Below are positions 16,766-21,601 of a DNA stretch of 21,601 nt, piece by piece (position 1 is the first letter of the stretch; every line of letters starts with the position of its first letter). Origin of the DNA: Dehalococcoidia bacterium (GTDB lineage: Bacteria > Chloroflexota > Dehalococcoidia > Lucifugimonadales > UBA3495); contig JASLXV010000027.1 of the NCBI GenBank assembly GCA_030740155.1, positions 1 through 21,601 on the forward strand, read 5' to 3'. The notes under the pieces are model-generated. The model was not told the DNA's origin. It worked only from the letters and a program-made list of their open reading frames with translations, and did no database searches. The translations under genes and the position numbers were made by a program.

Positions 16766-19386
16766 GCACCGGGCAACGTATCGGGGAACTTCTGACGCGG
16801 CACTCCGGGTGGTTCATCGCCGCGGTTCTGGTGGTCACCGGCCTCCTGGCCGTGCCTCTGGTGTTGATGGCCCCGGAGGAACAGGCGTCCCAAGAACCGG
16901 GCGGACCGGTTTTCGACCTTCAGAAGAAGGTGAACGACCGCTTCCGGCCCCGGATCCACATCACCAGCGTCATCATCGAGGATCGGGAGCGGGACATCCT
17001 GCGCCAGGAACCCCTTTGGGAGCTGTACCTGAACGAGGAAGCGCTGCGCCGGTCCGAGTTGGGGCCGCTCCTCTACAACGGCTACGACCCCGACAATGAA
17101 CGCCAGATATTCGGCGTCTTCACCATCGCCGATGCGGTGCAGGGCGTGCTCCGGCTGGACCCTTCGGTCCGGGCCACCCTGGAGACGGCCACCGACGGCC
17201 AGGTGAAGCAGGCCATTCATCGAATCCTGGAGAGCCCCACCGGCGAGCCGATGCGTGACTCTCTATCCAAGGACGCATCCTTCGAGCTGCGGTTGGTTGA
17301 TGGCCGGGAGATCAAGTACTGGCGGGCGGAGGCGCTGTCGGCCTTCGTGGCCTCGGACAATCAGAAGCTGGGTGGCGGCCCCCTCACCATCAGCCCGGCC
17401 GGCGACGAGGTTACCCTGGGCAAGGAGCGATTCAACCGCCGGGTCCAGGAGATCCTCCGGGGAGACCAGTCCAGCTTCCGGTTGTGGGGCATTGCCATCG
17501 ATATCAACCTGGAGTCGGAGGAGCAGGGCCGTACCGCGGTCCCCTTCATCGCCGCCACCGTGGTGCTGGTGCTGGCGGTGGTGGGCCTGACCCTGCGCTC
17601 GGTTCGGGTCGTGGGCCTCACCTTCCTGGCGCTGATCATGCTCCTGGTCTGGCTCAGGGGGGGGTCGAACCTGCTGGGACTCAAGTCGTCCTTGACGCTG
17701 GACCTCATCGTCCCCATCGCCATGATCTCCCTGGGGGTGGACTTCGTCATTCACGCCGTGGCCCGCTACCAGGAAGAGCGCCGGCGGGTCCACCAGCCCT
17801 CCCTGGCGTTGGTGTCCGGGTTCGCCGGCGTGCTGGGGGCGCTGACCCTGGCCATGCTGTCCGACGGCGTTGCCTTCCTGGCTAACGCAACCTCGGGCAT
17901 CGAGACCGTGATCGGTTTCGGCATCGCCGCCGGCGTCGCCGTGTTCGCCAGCTATATCATCATGGGAATGTTCCTCCCCCTGGTGATCATGCGGCTGGAC
18001 CAGCGCCGTGAGCGCATCGCGACGGCCGCCGGAGACGCCTCGTCCAACCCCGGGGCCCCCGCCGGAAGCCGGCCCAATCCTTCATCCAGGTACGGCCTCC
18101 TGGCCCGAGACATTGTCCGTGGCCTGGTGGTGCTGTTCGCCCGCCACCGTTGGGCCGTCTTGCCCGCCGTCGCTCTCCTGACCGTAGCCGCCACTTACCT
18201 GGCGTTCCAGCTCGAGCCGGAGATGGACGTCAAGGAGTTTTTCGACGCCGATTCGGACTTCGTGGTCAGCCTCGACAAGCTGGACCAGCACACCATCCCG
18301 GCCCTGTCCGGCGAGCCGGCGGTGCTGTACATCGAAGGAGACCTGACGGCCCTGGAGCCGCTGGCCGGAATCCAGGCCTTGCTGGACCGGTTGGGCGACA
18401 ACGAGGCGGTTGGGCAGACCGAGGATGGGGAAGTGTCATTGTACCTCCGGACGGTCCTCACCCTGCTCTCGCGCATCACCACCAACGAGTACGCCAGCTC
18501 CAGGGTGCTGGCCGGCACCGGCGTGGCCATCACCGACGCCGACGGAGACCGGATTCCCGACACCCCGGCCCAGGTGCGGGCCGCCTACGATTACATGGTG
18601 GCGGCAGGGGTTCCCCTGGACGCGGACACTCTGGCGTACGACTCCGACCAGGTCCGGGAGACCCTTTTCCATAACCCCGCCACGAACCAGGACCAGGGGA
18701 CCATCATCGTCCTGGGTATCCTAGGTACCCGGCAGCAGGCCAGGGTGGGCGTTGCCCGGGAGGCCCTGGAGAGGGACCTGGCGCCCCTGCGGGAGCTGCC
18801 CACCGTGTCCTTCGCCGGGCTGACCGGCTCCCCTTTCACCCGGGAATCGATGCTCCAGGCCACCACCCGTGCTATGAGTACCTCCCTGCCATTGGCGGTG
18901 GTGGCCTGCTTCGTGATTCTGGTCATCTGGATGCGTTCATTCGCCTTTGCCCTGGTGACCATAATTCCGGTCGGCCTGGTGGTCTCATGGCTTTACGCTT
19001 TCATGTACCTGGCCGGCTTCCATTTGAACTTCGTCACGGCCACCGTCGCCGCCGTGTCCATCGGCGTGGGCATCGACTACTCTATCCATATGACCCAGCG
19101 CTTCAGGGAGGAATGGCGGCGGGACCCCGACCCGGTTGCCGCCCTCCGGGCTGCCGCCGGCGGCACGGGCGTGGCCCTGACCGGCTCCGCGGCCTCCAGC
19201 GTGGCCGGTTTCGCGGTGATGAGCTTCGCGCCCATGCCCATGTTCTCAACCTACGGGATCATCACCGCCACGATGATTCTTATGGCCGCGGGGGCCGCCC
19301 TGCTGGTCTTGCCTTCCCTGTTGTTGGTGGTGGGCAGGCGGAAGACTTCGACCGGACGACTGCGGCCCGGCCGTTGCCAGCCGTGA
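16762..19386 (+). CDS. MMPL/RND-family membrane transporter (probable ATA start)
   Basis: Has two repeats, each a TM segment, a large loop and several TMs, with GVDFVIH and GIDYSIH motifs. The frame is open back to a stop at 16750-16752. The start is uncertain: ATA 16762 or GTG 16831. Confidence 0.88.
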   Translation: MSTGQRIGELLTRHSGWFIAAVLVVTGLLAVPLVLMAPEEQASQEPGGPVFDLQKKVNDRFRPRIHITSVIIEDRERDILRQEPLWELYLNEEALRRSELGPLLYNGYDPDNERQIFGVFTIADAVQGVLRLDPSVRATLETATDGQVKQAIHRILESPTGEPMRDSLSKDASFELRLVDGREIKYWRAEALSAFVASDNQKLGGGPLTISPAGDEVTLGKERFNRRVQEILRGDQSSFRLWGIAIDINLESEEQGRTAVPFIAATVVLVLAVVGLTLRSVRVVGLTFLALIMLLVWLRGGSNLLGLKSSLTLDLIVPIAMISLGVDFVIHAVARYQEERRRVHQPSLALVSGFAGVLGALTLAMLSDGVAFLANATSGIETVIGFGIAAGVAVFASYIIMGMFLPLVIMRLDQRRERIATAAGDASSNPGAPAGSRPNPSSRYGLLARDIVRGLVVLFARHRWAVLPAVALLTVAATYLAFQLEPEMDVKEFFDADSDFVVSLDKLDQHTIPALSGEPAVLYIEGDLTALEPLAGIQALLDRLGDNEAVGQTEDGEVSLYLRTVLTLLSRITTNEYASSRVLAGTGVAITDADGDRIPDTPAQVRAAYDYMVAAGVPLDADTLAYDSDQVRETLFHNPATNQDQGTIIVLGILGTRQQARVGVAREALERDLAPLRELPTVSFAGLTGSPFTRESMLQATTRAMSTSLPLAVVACFVILVIWMRSFAFALVTIIPVGLVVSWLYAFMYLAGFHLNFVTATVAAVSIGVGIDYSIHMTQRFREEWRRDPDPVAALRAAAGGTGVALTGSAASSVAGFAVMSFAPMPMFSTYGIITATMILMAAGAALLVLPSLLLVVGRRKTSTGRLRPGRCQP

Positions 19387-19533
19387 CCCGGCTGGTGGCC
19401 AGAAGGCGCTACCGTTTTTACCCATCAAACATCAGATTGAACGAACGCGTAATTAGCGCCCAATTCGGTTATCCTGAGATAGTGGGAAGCCGTGTCCCCC
19501 GCTATTTGGTGCGCACTTGAGGAGGCCCCGCCG

Positions 19534-20784
19534 ATGGAATTGAAAGAGGCAATGACTCCCTTCGAACAGGTGAACCTCTTTTTTGACCGGGCTGCCGAAC
19601 GGCTCAATCTGTCCGGTGGCCTCCGAGATATGCTGCGGCGGCCCTGGCGCGAGCTTCAGGTACAGGTCCCAATTCGGATGGACGATGGGCGAATTAAGGT
19701 GTTCAGCGGGTACCGGGTTCAGCACAACGGCGCCCGCGGGCCATACAAAGGGGGCGTGCGGTATCATCCCGCGGCGGACCTGGACGAGGTGCGGGCCTTG
19801 GCCGCGCTGATGACCTGGAAAACGGCCCTGGTGGAGCTTCCCTACGGAGGCGCCAAGGGCGGCGTTCAGTGCGACCCTGGCAGCCTGAGCATCAGGGAGC
19901 TGAACCGGCTCACTCGCCGCTACACCCTGAACATCGCGCACCTCTTGGCGCCCAACCGTGATATTCCCGCACCGGACCTGGGTACCAACGCTCAAACGAT
20001 GGCCTGGATGATGGACGCCTACGGTCAGCTCCACGGCCATTCCCCCGCCATCGTCACGGGCAAACCCGTGGAACTCGGCGGCTCGCTGGGCCGGGAGCCG
20101 GCGACCGGCCGCGGCGTTGCCTACGTGCTGGAGGAGGCTGCCAAGGTCTACGGCCTGGACACCGCCGGTGCCCGGATTGCTATACAAGGGTTCGGGAACG
20201 TCGGGTCCTGGGCGGCCCGGCTGGTTCACGCCATGGGTTGCAAGGTAGTCGCGACGAGTGACGTCCAGGGAGGGGTTTACGCGCCAAATGGGCTGGATAT
20301 CACCGAGCTGCTGGGACACAGACAGGCCGGCGGCGCGGTGGCGGATTTCCCCGGCGGGGAGCGTATTACCAACGCCGAGCTGCTGGAGCTGGAGTGCGAG
20401 GTACTGGTCCCCGCCGCCATCGACAACGTCATCACCTCTGAAAACGCTCCCCGGGTGAAGGCATCCTACATTCTGGAGGGGGCCAACCGCCCCATGACCG
20501 CGGTGGCGGACGAGATTCTCAACGATCGCGGCGTGGTGGTCCTACCTGACATCCTGGTCAACGCCGGGGGGGTCATCGTCTCCTATTTCGAGTGGACCCA
20601 GAACCTGCAGGAATTCCACTGGGAGGAGGAACGGGTCAACGAAGAGCTGCGCAAGACCATAACGAAGGCGTTCCATCAGGTGAGGAAGCGGGTCTCCGCC
20701 GATCGCATTACCTACAGGCAGGCCGCTTTCGAGATCGCCGTGGAACGGGTGGCCAGGGCGGTGGAGCTTCGGGGGTTCGTGTAG
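19534..20784 (+). CDS. gdhA: Glu/Leu/Phe/Val dehydrogenase, likely glutamate dehydrogenase
   Basis: Motifs GYRVQHN, GPYKGG, MTWK, GGAKGG, DIPAPD, TGKP, QGFGNVG, EGAN and PDILVNAGGV. A GAGGAGG RBS precedes ATG 19534. Confidence 0.93.
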   Translation: MELKEAMTPFEQVNLFFDRAAERLNLSGGLRDMLRRPWRELQVQVPIRMDDGRIKVFSGYRVQHNGARGPYKGGVRYHPAADLDEVRALAALMTWKTALVELPYGGAKGGVQCDPGSLSIRELNRLTRRYTLNIAHLLAPNRDIPAPDLGTNAQTMAWMMDAYGQLHGHSPAIVTGKPVELGGSLGREPATGRGVAYVLEEAAKVYGLDTAGARIAIQGFGNVGSWAARLVHAMGCKVVATSDVQGGVYAPNGLDITELLGHRQAGGAVADFPGGERITNAELLELECEVLVPAAIDNVITSENAPRVKASYILEGANRPMTAVADEILNDRGVVVLPDILVNAGGVIVSYFEWTQNLQEFHWEEERVNEELRKTITKAFHQVRKRVSADRITYRQAAFEIAVERVARAVELRGFV

Positions 20785-20843
20785 ATTTGTGCCCCATTCG
20801 TCCCGCCTCGGTCCGCCCTAGCTACGCCGCGGGCCGGCCTCCG

Positions 20844-20872
20844 TTGACACCGGGCCACGCCGACGGTATCAT
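20844..20872 (+). promoter_or_regulatory. Sigma70-type promoter for ggt
   Basis: TTGACA-17 nt-TATCAT. Confidence 0.7.
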
Positions 20873-21039
20873 TTCGTCCAACGATGCCGGGCCGCTCCGA
20901 ACTCCCCGTCTGGTGTTTCCTCAAACCCCTTGATTCTTCTGTCCCGAAAGAAGAGGCAGGGGACCAGCCGGGCAGACTCCGGGCCGCAGCGGCCATGGCG
21001 CGGAACCAAATCTAAGGATACCCTCACAGGAGGTGTATT

Positions 21040-21601
21040 GTGGCTATCGGACTCAGAAGCTACCGGCCCCTGATAACCGGCACCACCCACATGGTCTCGG
21101 CGGGACATTACCTGGCCACGGCCGCGGGCTACCGCATCCTGGAGCAGGGCGGAAACGCCACCGACGCCGGGGTAGCCGCCGGGATTGTAATCAACGTGAC
21201 GTTGCCCCAATACACGAGTTTCGGCGGGGTGGCTCCCATCATCCTGCACGACGCCCAGCGAGGGGAAACGGTGACCATCAGCGGACTGGGCGTTTGGCCC
21301 AAGGCCGCCAGCATCGACTACTACAACAACCACGTCAACGGCGACCTGCCTAAAGGGGTCATGCGAACGGTTACCCCGGCGGCCGCCGATGCTTGGCTGA
21401 CGGCCATCAAGCTGTACGGCACCATGAGCTTCGAGCAGGTGGTCACTCCGGCGCTGGAGTTGGCCGAAGGTGGGTTCCCCATCCCGGCGACCCTCCACCG
21501 CGCCCTGGTGAACAACCTGGAGAATTCACCCATCTCGGGCTGGCCGACCAGCATGGAGGCCTATTACCCCGGGGGAAAGGTGCCGGACATCGGCGATGTG
21601 C
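21040..21601 (+). CDS. ggt: Gamma-glutamyltransferase family protein, N-terminal part (runs off the window; not in ORF track)
   Basis: Reads MAIGLRSYRP...MVSAGHYLATAAGYRILEQGGNATDAGVAAG...SFGG...TP...AW..A..LYGTMSF..V..PALELAEGGFP. AGGAGG lies 6 nt before GTG. Confidence 0.92.
   Translation, partial: MAIGLRSYRPLITGTTHMVSAGHYLATAAGYRILEQGGNATDAGVAAGIVINVTLPQYTSFGGVAPIILHDAQRGETVTISGLGVWPKAASIDYYNNHVNGDLPKGVMRTVTPAAADAWLTAIKLYGTMSFEQVVTPALELAEGGFPIPATLHRALVNNLENSPISGWPTSMEAYYPGGKVPDIGDV

Noticed and set aside
19453..21498. Long antisense ORFs opposite gdhA and ggt (and similar ones elsewhere)
   Set aside because: These are shadow ORFs expected in high-GC coding DNA.
7137..21601. Gamma-glutamyl cycle (ggt, oxoprolinase, gdh) as one system
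   Set aside because: hyuB is more than 10 kb from gdhA and ggt, lies in a different segment and lacks its A subunit, and these families are often highly paralogous.

Overview
Bacterial genomic DNA. The gene set (DUF5679-type and zf-trcl zinc-ribbon proteins, a UGSC-family protein, several SDR/crotonase/CoA-transferase/GGT-type catabolic enzymes) suggests Chloroflexota such as Dehalococcoidia/SAR202, but this is inference. The left part (~1-9.65 kb) is a decaying mosaic bracketed by two 105-bp direct repeats. It holds a zinc-ribbon protein, an isochorismatase, nested IS3-family remnants, an MFS transporter, a ligD fragment, an aldo/keto reductase, a frameshifted enoyl-CoA hydratase, a 46-aa Zn-finger microprotein, an orphan hydantoinase B and an ankyrin remnant. 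The right part (~9.7-21.6 kb) is intact and looks more GC-rich by eye. Its highlight is a hidden ~547-aa selenoprotein that the ORF track splits in two: an in-frame UGA in an atypical U-G-G-G motif, with a SECIS-like hairpin 11 nt downstream. It lies beside a bicupin, a divergent cupin and a non-canonical alpha/beta hydrolase. These are followed by an SDR, REP-like palindromes, a family III CoA-transferase, an MMPL/RND transporter that probably starts at ATA, glutamate dehydrogenase and a partial gamma-glutamyltransferase. No tRNA, rRNA or CRISPR array was seen. All family calls come from motif recognition by eye, not database searches.
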